From positions 85,190,001 through 85,254,000 of the forward strand of contig NC_087437.1 of NCBI RefSeq assembly GCF_036321535.1: a stretch of 64,000 nt of DNA, given 5' to 3'. Positions 1-12,181 of the stretch are shown piece by piece. Under the pieces are notes generated by a model. That model was not told where the DNA came from and did not search any database. It was given only the letters and a program-made list of their open reading frames with translations. This DNA comes from Camelus dromedarius. Taxonomy: Eukaryota. Position numbers and translations under genes: made by a program. Within the stretch, counting starts at the first letter, position 1. Every line of letters starts with the position of its first letter.

Positions 1-109
1 AAATCCTTATATTTTTCCCCACCGATTCATACATCCTTGATGTATTTTTCATGATACAATCAGAGTAATGGCCCTGTAATTAAAAACATAATAGTAATAG
101 TAACAACAA

Positions 110-260
110 AAACGACAATCATTTATTTAGTGTCTACTGTTTACCAAACACTATTTTAGGTTCTCTGCAGATATTTACTAGTGTGATGTTCAAAACCGTC
201 CTGTGAGTTTTGTAACATTAAGACTCGCATTAATATTTCAGTTGCATACACTCAGTTTGG
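110..260 (-). mobile_element. MIR SINE relic
   Basis: atttatttagtgtctactgtttaccaaacact..ttcaaaaccgtcctgtgag..ctcgcattaatatttcagttg resembles the antisense MIR core/tail. Confidence 0.5.
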
Positions 261-1949
261 GGGTAGTGGAGCAAAGTGATTAGGACTTAGGACTCTAGCA
301 CCAGACGGCTAGATACCACTGATTATTTTTGTGCCTGTCAAACTCTAATTCTGCTCACGTCATCCCACAAGTTAAAAAGGATTCACATTTTGGCTTTACT
401 GACTGGGAGTTCCAAATATTGCCTTTGCTTGTATTCCAACCTCAGCCTTTTGCCTCTCTTCCTGTTTCTGAAAATCTTTGTTGAGGGTACTTTCTCCTGG
501 CTTATGTTCTGTGTTTGTTGCCCTTTCTTCCTGGAATTCCCCCTTCTTTCCCACGTCCGTCTGGCCCAGGCTTACTTCACATTGAGACATCACAGATGTC
601 ACTCTCTCTGGGGAACTTCCCTCTGTACACAGTCGGTACTCATCTTGAGTATCTTTGTAGTATTTGGAATTGCCTTACCATAGAGTGGGTTTTAATGATG
701 ACTGCTTTCCTTTCTAAGGCTTTAAGCTTTACAAAGATAAAGATCCTGTTTTTTTATTCACCTGTGATCCCCAAACTAATATTGTTACATAGCAGGCAAT
801 CCAGAAAATACCATTATGGAAGAAAAAAAGGAAAAGAAGGGAAGATATATTTAAATATAAACACAACTAATATCTAAAGTTATATAAGTGATTTGAAGTT
901 ACATGGAAACATTCCATCAAGTAAAAGAGGGTTCTGAAGACAATAACATAACCAGTAACAACATGCACAAATGAGGAAAAGGGGTGGATACCAGCGTCAG
1001 GGTAGGAACATGGCCTGCTGCTCAAACAGGCTTTCTGTTTGAGAACTCAGGCCAGAGTCTAGTAGCAGCACGGATTGTGTCTTTCATGTTGTTTGTCTGA
1101 CCTGGTTAAAAGACATCTGTCATGTGTGAGCTGGCCAAAGGACATCAGCATATGCCGTTTTCAAATTGGGGATAGACGGCCAGGCTCAGTCCTGGTTGCT
1201 CGCCCTTGCCAACATTCTGTGAAATGCATACGTACTTCTCTTTGAACTTGCCAGTCTCCAGCCTGCTGTAAGCCAGAGACTGAACAGATACTACCTGGAT
1301 CTCTACTAGGCCTTGCTGCCTGTCGTATGTTAGGTCGTCTTATCTTCTTTTCACATCTCTACCAACAGCAGAGTGCCAAACAACACAAACAACCCTGGAT
1401 TTACTGGTTGTACTTTAATAATCTGCTTGCTACTTTCAAACAACTATATTCAAAATGGAATGATTTATCTCCAAGCTTGACATAGATTTGATAAAAATTA
1501 GAAAAAAAAGTTTTGTGGATTTGTGTCAACTGGTTAAATCAATTTTGTTTTTTAAGCTGTGGTTCTTTCTTGGAGAAAATGTAATGAAAAAATGAGTCTG
1601 TTATAGTTAAGAAAACACTGTTCAAGTAGTAAAAGAAATGTCTGTCTGTCCTTTTCTCCAGACAGCTTCAGGATTTACTCATTTTAGTCGTATGGGGCTG
1701 ACCAGCCCCATATCCAGCTGTTACCCTAAATATGCTGCAAATGGCAATGAGGAAAAGAAGGAAAGGAAGTTAAATCCACTTGGCCACATATTCAGCAGCC
1801 GATAACATCCTATCAGTCCATGAATCTCCTACCTGTTCTGGTTGGAAGATAAAATTAATTGTCCACAAAAGGAAATTTTCCATTAACTCATTCAGAAACT
1901 TGTGATTCATACAATTTGACATAAAATTTTAGGCTATCTTGTTTGTTTT

Positions 1950-2096
1950 CTTTTTTTCAATTTTATTGAGATATAATTGACATATAACATTGTATAAGTT
2001 TAAGATATATAATATAATGATTTGATATATGTATATATTGCTAAATGATTACCACAATATGGTTAGTTAACGAATTCACCATCTTACATAGTTAAA

Positions 2097-2131
<35 letters not shown>

Positions 2132-2245
2132 TGAGGCCTTTTAACATCTACTCTCTTAATAACTTTCAAATATGCAATGCAATGTTGTTAACTGTAATCA
2201 CCATGGTGTACATGACATCCCTAATATTTATTCATCTTATAACCA
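1950..2245 (-). mobile_element. LINE-1 3'-end fragment (L1MA-like) with internal (TG)n
   Basis: ttttattgagatataattgacatataacattgtataagtttaag..atctactctcttaataactttcaa: antisense L1 3'UTR. Confidence 0.85.
2099..2130. repeat. (TG)n microsatellite
   Basis: About 16 TG units. Confidence 0.95.
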
Positions 2246-2499
2246 GATGTTTGTACCCTTAAAAACATTTCTCTTTTTCATATTCTTCCTTTTGGGGGGA
2301 GGGTAATGGTGGTGGTGGTAGTAATTTTTGGAACACTATTGTTATGTCTTGCAAATTTTGTATGATTTTACAGTTATTATGAAATTAATTAATTTCTAAT
2401 CAATTTTGAGGAAGTTATTGGGCAATGTGTTCATCGCATGAATCAAAACAATCTCCCACTAGAATGAAACCACCTCAAATCAAATACATTCCAAATAAA

Positions 2500-2830
2500 T
2501 TGTTCAATTTTAAGCTGAAAATTACATGATTATCTTGATAGATCATGAAGAAGTACTTTATTCTACTCAACACCCATTTTTGATTAAGTCTGAATGCAGC
2601 CACAATTCAGTGCATTCTATATGATAATGTGTCAATATTCAACTATAACAAGCTACATAATTAAAGTTTTGAAGAGAGAAAGTATTATTCTGTAGTTTCA
2701 GGCAAATCCAATTACAAACTATTGAAAATAAGAAATAAGAAATTTATTTTTGTAGATGAAATGTCTCCATAAAAATTATAAAAGAAATAACTGAAATATA
2801 TTATAATAAACAAGAATATGGAAAACTCAC
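2500..2830 (+). mobile_element. Highly decayed LINE-1 ORF2 remnant
   Basis: attacatgattatcttgatagat..ctcaacacccatttttgattaa and ttttgtagatgaaatg (FADDM-like). Confidence 0.5.
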
Positions 2831-2859
2831 AGTTGCTCACTCAGTTCAAATATTGAGCT

Positions 2860-4400
2860 TGTTCTTAAACCCACAGGTCATCAATTGAAGAGATCTGGCC
2901 CTCTGGGGAAGAATCTGCAGTGCCACAACAAGTATGTGTATTTATGTGTGTATGTATACATATCTATATTTCTCCCAATTTTTACCAAAAAAGGTCATAC
3001 AGTTATTTACCAGAGTAACCAAACATTGAGGAAGGGGAATACCTTGGTCTTTTGAGGATTTAAGACCAAAAATGCTACCATGGCCCTTTTGGAGTACAGC
3101 CATTTGGAGACCAGGTCACACATATTATTGCAGCCCACATTCTTTTACTTTGAATACAGTGATCCTCAGGCCCATCTTGAAGTTATTTCCCTGAACCCCT
3201 ATCCATCAATATATTAGTATCTTTCAAGGGGCTCAAGCAGTCACATGCTGGCAAGTTGATTATACTGTACTCCTTTTTTCTTATAAGGGGGATGATTAAC
3301 CACAATTTTCATTTACTAAGATTATCAAGCATTCTGTAAGTTAATTTGCCTTGGTTGTTCACAAGGCCTTTGCCAACCATTCTCTGAGGACTTGAGGTCG
3401 TGGAATCACACATAACAGGGCTTCAAACCAACGGAATCACTTTATAGTGAAGGGAAAACAACAAAGGGAGCATAATCATGGGATCAGCTGTTTCTGCGCA
3501 TATCCCCTGAGAGCTGCTGAGCTGCTGGATTTGAGGTGGCCTTTTAAAGACTCAGAAAAAGCATCATCTTGATGAGTATACAATGTGGAGATAGGATACC
3601 CTGGTATGTATGTTAAACCAACACCTATTCACGTTGCAGCTGCTTTGTTTCCAGTAACTAGAATGCATGAGCCTGGCAATGAAAAAGTGGAACTAGGAAT
3701 ACCCCTTCTCTTCATCATTTCCATTGATCCACGTGGGGAATTTGAGGTTTTCACTTGCACAGTTTTCGTTTGTGCAATTAGAGAACCTGATTCCCAGAGG
3801 CAGAATACTTTGACCAGAGAACACAACAAGGACTGCAGTACCCCAAACACTGTACCGCCCGCCTCTTCACCGTGGGCTCCTCATGCTAATGGGTCAGAAC
3901 CCAAAGACAGATTTCCTATCCGGGAAGAGTTAATTGGACACTGTTTATTTGATATGCTAAGGTTGCTGCTGCATAATCATGGTAGTGAAAATGTTGTCTG
4001 AAGTTCAAGGACTATTAGGGGCACTTAATTGTGATTCCATTCCTTGTGATAACAGTGGACGGGCAATTGAAGTAACCATAGAGTTATAAAAACAGTATAA
4101 TCAGGAAGTCAGATTCCTCAGGGATTGAGGCCTAAATCCCCTCACCAGGGAAAGTACCTAAGTCTGTGGAATTCTGGCCACGGAAAGGGGGCTTTAAAAT
4201 AGTAAAGTAGGAAAATGATGGATGCAAAATATGGTCTTGGAGCTAGCTATAGTCATAGGACAGGCTTGTTTTTTTTTTTTTTGGTCGTCTTTTTTATCTA
4301 ATTGTTTAAAGGTTGCTGCTAGCTATCACCTGGGAGCATGAGTACCGAGGCTCTCCATCAAGGACTCAATGTGTAACACGTGTGAAGCAGACCTGCGAGG
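2860..4400 (+). mobile_element. ERVL-class internal remnant (pol/integrase and downstream region)
   Basis: catgggatcagctg..cctgagagctgctg..gtggccttttaaagactcag resembles HERV-L integrase; ORF 3585-4001 ALFPVTRMHEPGNEKVELGIPLLFIISIDPRGEF resembles HERV-L VSPIARIHGSRNQGVEVEVAPLTITPSDPLAKF. Confidence 0.8.
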
Positions 4401-4405
4401 GGTCC

Positions 4406-4768
4406 TGTAGCATGTACAAATGATGCTTCTGTAAACTAGCCTGCCGCAGTTTATGGGAAACTAATAGAGTTTTCCCCAGCACATAAACAGATCCCCTGTT
4501 TCCTCTTTTCCTGAGAACTTTCTTGAACTGCGAGTTTGTTCATCAGCAAGTGGGTACTAACCCAGAGTGAGAGTTAGCTCCCCAGGAGAGTTAAGGAACC
4601 CTCCGCCCATTTATTGATCTGCTCGTGAGTGGGCTGTTGTCTTCTTTCCTTTCCTTGTCTTGCACACTTCATTGCCTCATAGGTGCGTTCTGGGGTCACC
4701 TTCAAAATACATTTTCTGCACCTACCTCTGTATCTCAGGGTCTTTTTCAGGGGGAACTCAGCCAAAGA
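4406..4768 (+). mobile_element. ERVL-class LTR (LTR16-like), probable 3' LTR of the preceding internal segment
   Basis: Starts TGTAGCA after gagggg; ends tctcagggtctttttcagggggaactcagccaaaga, the LTR16/LTR33-type terminus. Confidence 0.55.
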
Positions 4769-4790
4769 GGTGGTTAACCGTAATTAGCTA

Positions 4791-5215
4791 TGCAGTAGTG
4801 GGCGCCCAGGGCCCCTTTAAGAGTCGGTGCGGCCACTCCCCCAGCTGCTCTGTAAGTTGGTTGCTGACGACTCATGGCTGTGCTGCCTGGAGCATTGCCG
4901 CTCTTCTCCTCCAGCGGTCGGACGGGAGCGCCGTCGCCGTCGCCCTCGCCCTCGCCCTCGCCCTGGACTCAACAAATGAGCTGGACTCAAGGTAGGACAA
5001 ACTGATGCATAATTTTTGTTCTAGAGCCTCTTTGTGGTTTCTGACTGAAGCTGGTCTACAGACGAGACACACGCTTGCTTAGCGTTTCCCTGCCAGCCCT
5101 GCCTTCCTTACCCCTCACACTCTTCTCAGAGCACTCCTCAAAGTCACTTGAGTAAATGAAAAAAAAAAAAATCGCTGTCACATATTTTGCACCTAGAGAA
5201 CCTGACCTAAGATAC
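4791..5215 (+). mobile_element. Second ERVL-class LTR (LTR33/LTR16-like)
   Basis: tgcagtagtgggcgcc..ttgctgacgactcatggctgtg..agagcactcctc..ctagagaacctgacctaagataca; similar layout to the LTR at 11710-12181. Confidence 0.65.
4929..4964. repeat. (CGCCGT)2(CGCCCT)4 hexamer repeat
   Basis: Read directly from the sequence. Confidence 0.9.
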
Positions 5216-6488
5216 ATGACATTTCAGCTGGGTAGGGCCCTTACGTATGTGGGAACCCCAGACACTGTACAGAGACTCCCCATGTGAAAAGGAGGAAAAA
5301 GGCTCAGAAAGGAAGCAAGAGCAGTTAGAATTTGGTCTTTCTGTGAGAAGGGGGCTTATGCCTGCTGTTTCAAGGTGTTAAACCCTAAGGAGAAACAGAG
5401 ACCTAATCTCCAAGAGATCTGAAGAATCTCTTTCAAAAACAGAGGGGTTTGTGTGTATGTTTAGAAAGGTGCAAGATTCCACTAAGAAGTGGCTCTGTGG
5501 TAACAGTACAGGACGTTGGGTAGCCTTCCAGAGTTTCTGAGGTATGTACATCTCCTTTAAAAGAATGATTCTTTCACACCCAGGGGCAATAAGTAAGGGG
5601 TGTTGATCCCAGTCAACCTCAGAGTTCTGTCAATCACAGCGCGGAGTAGGAATCACTGTTCTCTGTGCATGTAAGAGTAAACCAAACATAACACAGAGAA
5701 CCACTAGACCCAGAAAGACCTGACAGAAGAGAACAAAGAACTTTACTAAAGTAATCTATGTGAAATGAAAACAAAAGACCAGAAAAGGTAGTTGAGTTCA
5801 GCCCAATTGATGACAGCTGAGGATCATGCTCACAGCCCTGCTCTCCTTACAAACAGCTTGGTCTGTTGAAATACCTTAATTCAGATGAAACTGGAAAAAA
5901 ACAGAATTCCCTACTTTTCACTAATTTTTAAACCAACCTTTATTTTATTCAAAGGTTTATCATAATCAGATAGATTTTTCTAATATTCTAATTCGTTTAT
6001 TATGTAAATAGACACCAGATGAAGGTTTAAATGAAAATAAAATTGAACCAAGCTACAGAAGGTGATAACATTTATTACTATGAGGCAGATAATGGTGAGT
6101 GATAGCAAACACACAAAAAAGTGACAGCAAATGGTATCGAAAACTTTGAGCATTATTTACAATAAATGTTTTCAGATATACATATGTTAAACAATCAAAT
6201 AGCTGTATTTCTGGAAAGCAAACATTACAGTCTGAATAAAGAATTTTTTTCTCAAGAGGAAACTTTAATATTTTGCATTTTTGTTGTGATTTGCTATTTA
6301 AAATGTATTTTTTCAGTATTAGCTGATTGAATATCACTATATCCAATAGATGAAATATCAGGCAGTTATTTACTTTTTCTAGCTGAGCAGCTGGGACTTA
6401 GCTGAGACTAGGGGAATTATACATGTTATCTGATATAGGTGGAGGCCAGCATCTACCTAATTCAGGTGTAGGGGCAAGGCTTGAGTGG

Positions 6489-7118
6489 TAGGACAATTGG
6501 CATGAAGCTGTGGTTTGATCTGCAAATGTCTGAGCATTGTCCATAATATAAGCCTGGTTGTGTTGATCAGTGTTGTTTGATTTAAGCGTCTAGGAACTGC
6601 ATCTGTTTTTAATCCTAATGATGGTACTACTCATGAATGTAACACATCTTCAGCTGAAACCAGCATTTGAATCGTTACTTCTATTGGTAGCACTACTTGC
6701 TTGCCTACTTCTAATAGTTGCAGCTCACCTGGTTTTAAATCTGATGTTGGAATTATGTAAGAGTCGAAGTTCAGATCCTTGGAGTCCGTATATTCATAGC
6801 TTAAATGTCACTGGTGACCTATTGTTTTTATAGTTAAGGAGGGGTTATTAATTTCATCTATCATATAAAGGATTCATAGTGATGGTAAGGCAATTAAAAT
6901 GAGGATGATAGCTGTCAGATTATTCAAATTGTCTCAACCTCTTGTGCATTTATGGTGCTTGTATGTGTTAACTTGGTTGTTAGTATAAGCAAAATAATAT
7001 ATAGAACTAAAGAGCCAATTAAGAATACAATTACCAGTGTGTGGTCATGAAAATGTAGCGATCATTCTATAATGGGTGATGTTGTGTCTTGTAAGCCTAC
7101 TTGAAAATGATATGCCAT
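6489..7118 (-). pseudogene. COX2: Cytochrome c oxidase subunit II NUMT pseudogene, lacking the extreme C-terminus
   Basis: ATG at 7118; translates (mitochondrial code, across frameshifts) as [103 protein letters not shown], including the CuA-ligand region. Confidence 0.95.
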
Positions 7119-7186
7119 AGAGATACACAGTATTTTCACTTATGATTTAATTGTTACAAAGTTACCTAAATTTTTACTAATATCTC
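7119..7186 (-). pseudogene. Mitochondrial tRNA-Asp pseudogene within the NUMT
   Basis: GAGATATTAGTAAAAA...TAACTTTGTAACAATTAAAT...TATCTCT directly upstream of the COX2 ATG; anticodon reads GTA instead of GTC. Confidence 0.88.
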
Positions 7187-7192
7187 TTTATT

Positions 7193-7262
7193 TAGAAAGG
7201 CATAGTTCTTATGGGGGGTTGGCTTAAAACCATTTGGAGAGGTTTCGATTCCGTCCTTTCTT
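7193..7262 (+). pseudogene. Mitochondrial tRNA-Ser(UCN) pseudogene within the NUMT
   Basis: AGAAAGGCATAG...GTTGGCTTAAAACCA...GGTTTCGATTCCGTCCTTTCTT, opposite strand to COX1/COX2 as in mtDNA; anticodon TGA changed to TAA. Confidence 0.9.
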
Positions 7263-7433
7263 TTAGATTAATATAAGTGGGCTCCTGAAATGTATGATAT
7301 GGTGGAGCGCATCCGTGTAATCATTCTAGGTTGACATTGTCGAAACCTCTTGTTTGGATGCAAATGCTTCTTACAGGATGAAAATTATGTATATTGCTGC
7401 TGTTAGTGAGATAAAAGAGCCTATAGATGAAAT
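7263..7433 (-). pseudogene. COX1: Cytochrome c oxidase subunit I C-terminal fragment (NUMT)
   Basis: Translates [52 protein letters not shown]; one stop and a short internal deletion. Confidence 0.93.
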
Positions 7434-9589
7434 CTTACACTTGTCAAATCCTACACTTGAATGCGCCTTTTTACATTCAATCTCCATTGGTCCTTTCCAA
7501 ACTAGTACAATTCTTGCTGTTTTGCCATATTGCTCCATGTTAGTGCTAAATCACTTGGAAAAGTTGTACAGTGTAGCATGACCATTCCTCAAGTAAATTT
7601 AGTCAAAATATGCTAAAGGAGATTATAATAACTTAGAGATTAATTACATTTTGTTTTCTTTTGTGATTTAAAGTTTGCTATTTTGGATACAAGACTATGG
7701 AAAATTTGGTTTTCAAAATTAAGGTTATTGTTATTTTGAGTTCTTACAATAGGCCAAAGTGACATAAACGTACATGAATCCAGAAACATTGTAAAACTAA
7801 TATTAATTAAGAACTTAACAAAAATAATGTATAACTACTCTTTAGCAAGAAGAGACAGATCAAGTTTCTTTGTTTTCACAAAGAGAAAAATGGAGGATAT
7901 TTTTATATGGAAGAGACTTTTGTGTTTCATCTAATCTAACCCCTTTATTGTAAAAATCAGGATGCAGAAATCCTAAGGTTGAAATACTGTGCTTATTTGC
8001 TTGAATAGTTTGTTTATTGTAGATTTAGGACTTCTCAGCCTTCTCAGTGATATTTTCATTAGACCAAGCTGAGAATAGTGAGAATCTGAAATTTTTGTAT
8101 GAGATGGACTTCAAGGTGTATGGTTTTCTGTTTGATGCTTCTTAAATAGTTATTAACTATTAAATGGTTAATAGTTAAATCATTATTTTTACCTTTAATC
8201 AGCCTGGAATAATATTAGTATTATAATATCTTAAAAATGCCACGTAGTGAACATTGAACACGGAAAAAATAAAATCAGTAAGAACCGTATGGAACCAGAT
8301 TTAAATGATGTTGTGAGGCATCCAGAATGACTGGTATGGTACAGGACTTATTTATAGTAGGTACATATTGTAACATATTGGAAAATATACCTTATAAAGT
8401 TTCTAAGCAGTGTAATTGTATTGTAAACTACATGAGCTTAATTCTTTGACATTTAGAAAGATCTGCAGAAGTAGTTCTTCAAACAACTTCTAATTTTACA
8501 GGTTTACTTTTTATCTAAAATTATTTGTCATATATAGAATACAATTGATGACTTTTAAAACTGCAGTTAGTTTAGATGATGTTTGTAAGATGCTTTTTGA
8601 GTAACAGCTCATGGTATATTTTACTTACCTGATACTATTCAAGGCAGTGAAATCTTAACCTCTTAAAATTACTTTATTTAGCTTATTTTAAACAATACCA
8701 GCATTTACTTCTTTACTCCTAAGATACAATAATAATAACAGAAGTTGATAGCATATGTCATCATCATAACTCAGTGTAATAAAAAAAAAATCGTGTTTCT
8801 GTGCTTCACCTAACCTTAGGAAAAGGACTGTTTAAAAAAATAAAAGTTTTCCTGTACCAGTTTGGAAGTTTTGATAGTTTGTGACTGTTGAAGGTTCAGA
8901 ACTGTAATTCATGAATTGGCTGTTGAGCAGTTTCCCTGTGTGACAGACACACAATGTTTGATAGATGCTTAAATCACTGTACTCACCACTGAACTGAAAC
9001 TAAGGAGAAACATCTATACAGTGCAGAGTGACACAACTCAAACATTGCAAGAGTAGAAATGAAGATAAAATGGATGATTCATCATATCATAACCAAAAAG
9101 TGAATTTATCTGCACAGTACAATTATCTTAATTGGTGTTAGTTAAAAATGAGGCCTAAATTCCCCAATTGTATTAAATTAGTACTAGTTAATCAAGGAAA
9201 AGTGCAGAGAAATTTTAACCCCAACAAACATAACTGCACCTGCAACTCTGCTTGTATAATTCACGCATATGAAATACCAGTATCAGCTTGAAGAAGTCTG
9301 TCCTCTAGGAGAGAAATGAAATAGTAAGATTATGATTTGGCATGTGATCATATTAGTGTTCTGAAGCAGATTTTTCTTCTGTTTACCACCATTTATTTCT
9401 TACATTCCTATGCTATTACATCCACTGGTATCAAAGTGCTTTATACAATTAAAAGTTTCAAAAAGCTATTTGGTTAAGATTATTATATAATTAGTGTATT
9501 TCAGTGAAAATACATAAAACCTCTTTACATTTAAATTAAGTTTTGTTTGTCCTATTAAGACTTTTTGTGGTATCAATTTCTATTTAAAC

Positions 9590-9941
9590 CCTTTGTTTTG
9601 AGATAATTTCAGACTTTGAGAAAATCTGCGAGAAAAATACCCCCAAAATTTATAAAATCTTAATAAAAGTTCCCCCAATGTTAGCATTTTACCACATTTG
9701 CTTTGTCATTTTCTCTCTGTATATACATACATATTATTATTTGATCAGCTGTTTGAGAATAGGTTGATACCTCACTCCCCTAAAAAGATTAGTTTGCATT
9801 TACTAAAAACAAGAATGTTTTCTTCTATATCCATGATACAGTTATCAAAATCAGAAAATTAATTCTGATACAATGCTTTTATCTAATCATTAAGACATTA
9901 TTCATATGTAACAAATTATTCTAATAACGCTCTTTCTTGCA

Positions 9942-9972
<31 letters not shown>

Positions 9973-10255
9973 GTCCAGAATCCAATTCAGTGGAACATGT
10001 TGAATTTAGTTGTCATGTCTCTTTAGCTTGTTTTAATGTGGAACAATTTCTCAAATTTTCTTAGCCTTTCAAAACCTTGACTTCTTTGAAAATTACAGTC
10101 CAATTATTTGATAGAATTATAGGCCAGCTCTGTAAAATTTTTCCCCTGATTTGGCTTTGTCTGGTATACACTCAAGATTAGATTCAGGTTATGCAGTTTG
10201 GCAGAAATCTCTCAAAATTGATTGTCTCCTGTTCTCAGTGCAACATAGTGGGAAA
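9590..10255 (-). mobile_element. Old LINE-1 3'UTR (L1MC-like)
   Basis: ttttgagataatttcagact..tacagttatcaaaatcagaaaattaa..tttagttgtcatgtctctttag..gattagattcaggttatgc. Confidence 0.75.
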
Positions 10256-11709
10256 TGATAATGTGGCATTTTTAAATAGTCCAGCTAAGGATGATTTTAC
10301 TTTTGCTGTCATTCTTGTACCAATATCATTCTTCACAGTATATAGAACATGTTACTAGGTTGCTATGTTATTTATTGGAAATTTAAGACTTTGATATTCT
10401 GTGAGTGTGGACACTATGTTTACTGTTTTTCCTTTTGACAGTGTTATCTCTTTTTGTTATTCCAGATACATATTTGAAATTGATGTTTATTAGCTGTTAT
10501 TTTTCTCTCTCTGTCTTTTTTTGATCTATCATTGAACTTGGCCGGATCAGATAGTTCTGTTTTGTTTTCCATCACCTGTATGTGAAACTATAGTGGAAAT
10601 CTTAAAAAAAAAAAAAAAAAAGAAAAAAAAGAATAAAAAAAAAAAACAACTCCCACACAGCTGCCACACAAATTTCACTTTCTCTTTACCCCTACCCCAT
10701 ATATTTTGTTGATATGGCTTCCCTTCTTAAAGGTCAGTAACTAAAACAGGGCCCAAATCTTATTCATTAGACTAACTGCTGAGAAATAAATAGTATGCAT
10801 AAAACTTATGAAATATCAGAATAAATCCAAGATAATCTAAAACTTCAGGAAATGTGTTTTCCCAATAATCTTAGAAATGTGTTTTCCCCTGAATCTATGT
10901 GTGGTAAAATAAGGTATCTTGCTGAATAAATTATAGATTGGTAGTAGGATATCTCACTGAATAATTCTGCAGATTACTTATTTGATTAAAGTGAGCTGAG
11001 TTCAGGAAAGCCATTTCTCTTTTATCCACTGCAAATTATTAGCAGCCTTGCTGCAATGTAGTTGGTGTTTGAGATTACCACCACCAGTGTTTTCTTAGTT
11101 TCTTCCCATTTTGGTGCTGCAGGCCATATACATAGTATTGGAGATGATGACAGACTTGTGACTTTTGAGACTTTAGATCTAAGTAGCTGATCCAAGACTG
11201 TCTCTGTGGTTAGAGTAGTTGCTATGATGCTTCCATCTCGTCATTTAAATTCCCTGTAGCAAATGAATATTAATGAGCACTTTTCATTTTAATTGATTTC
11301 CATAAAAGAGTCATTTCAATAAATACCTAGTGTAAAATACACAGTTTTAGGTTGAGACCATGCATCTCCTATGAATCATGGCATACATTTTTTTTAGGGG
11401 GAAATTGGTAACTCACCAAAAACGTCTTGAGAATAAAAGTGTAAAACGATTACACATAATCTCTATAAGTCATCATACTCTTGCACTCTTTTAAGCTCAA
11501 CTCAACTTTATTCTACACTTCTATAGTTTAGAAAATCTACACTTTTCTTTTTTCTTCTTCTTCTTCTTCTTTTTCCCCCTTTTAAATATAATTGACCTGC
11601 CATATATAAGACACAGTATCGTTAATTGTGTCAAGGGCTTAAAATAATTGAAAGAGTATCATTCCTCACAAAAATGATCTTACAATTTAGTGACAGGTCA
11701 CATTCACAT

Positions 11710-12181
11710 AGTAGTGGATGCTGAGTGTATTCCTCCAGGTCCCTTTAGCCAGCTAGTGCATCTGTCTTCTAGCTCTTTGAGGCTTATGTTTAGCAGATCT
11801 TCTGTCCTCTCCAAAAAATTGCTCTCAGACAAGCAACAGCCACCTCAGCAGTCGTTCTATCCCACCTGACCCCTCCCGTTTTGAGGGCAGACCTTGGCCG
11901 GTGACTTACTGGTGTGTGTTCACTATAACCTGTTGCAAGGTGCCATTGACTTTTTGCTGTAGTTTATACTCTACAGCTAACACCTGGGATCAGACTGAAA
12001 CTACTCTTCGGCTGAGATGACATTGTTGCTTAAAATTTGTCTCCAGACCTTTGTTGCATGACTTTTTCCCCTGCTCCTGAGAGCTTTTCCCCAGTAAGCT
12101 ACTTGGGAAAAGGGAAAAACAAAACAAAACAAAACAAAACTCCATATTAGATTCTGCTTCTAGGAAACTTGTCCTAGGACA
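11710..12181 (+). mobile_element. ERVL-class 5' LTR (LTR33-like)
   Basis: agtagtggatgctg..cctgagagcttttccccagtaa..ctccatattagattctgcttctaggaaacttgtcctaggaca; followed by internal sequence. Confidence 0.65.

Larger units (their letters stand above)
6489..7433 (-). pseudogene. NUMT: nuclear copy of mtDNA spanning COX1 3' end - tRNA-Ser(UCN) - tRNA-Asp - COX2
   Basis: Reverse complement reads COX1 C-terminus, tRNA-Ser(UCN) on the opposite strand, tRNA-Asp and COX2 from its ATG, in vertebrate mitochondrial order; contains indels, in-frame stops and CpG-type decay. Confidence 0.96.

Noticed and set aside
396..680. Charged minus-strand ORF (MTSVMSQ..)
   Set aside because: No recognisable homology; gaattccaggaagaaagggcaac resembles an L2 relic; no convincing splice acceptor
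4660..5072. ORFs with ALALAL / RARARA runs
   Set aside because: Translations of the hexamer repeat inside an LTR
6012..6093. Plus-strand exon-like stretch ending ATG|GTGAGT (MKIKLNQATEGDNIYYYEADN)
   Set aside because: Weak acceptor, no frame open throughout, no partner exon or recognised protein
6618..6833. Hydrophobic plus-strand ORF
   Set aside because: It is the antisense of the COX2 NUMT
7119..7262. Functional tRNAs with altered anticodons
   Set aside because: Mitochondrial-type, decayed and embedded in a NUMT
8629..8719. Minus-strand CAG|GTAAGT donor with an upstream acceptor; ACTTACCTG also resembles the U1 5' end
   Set aside because: Stops in all frames; the U1 similarity ends after 9 nt
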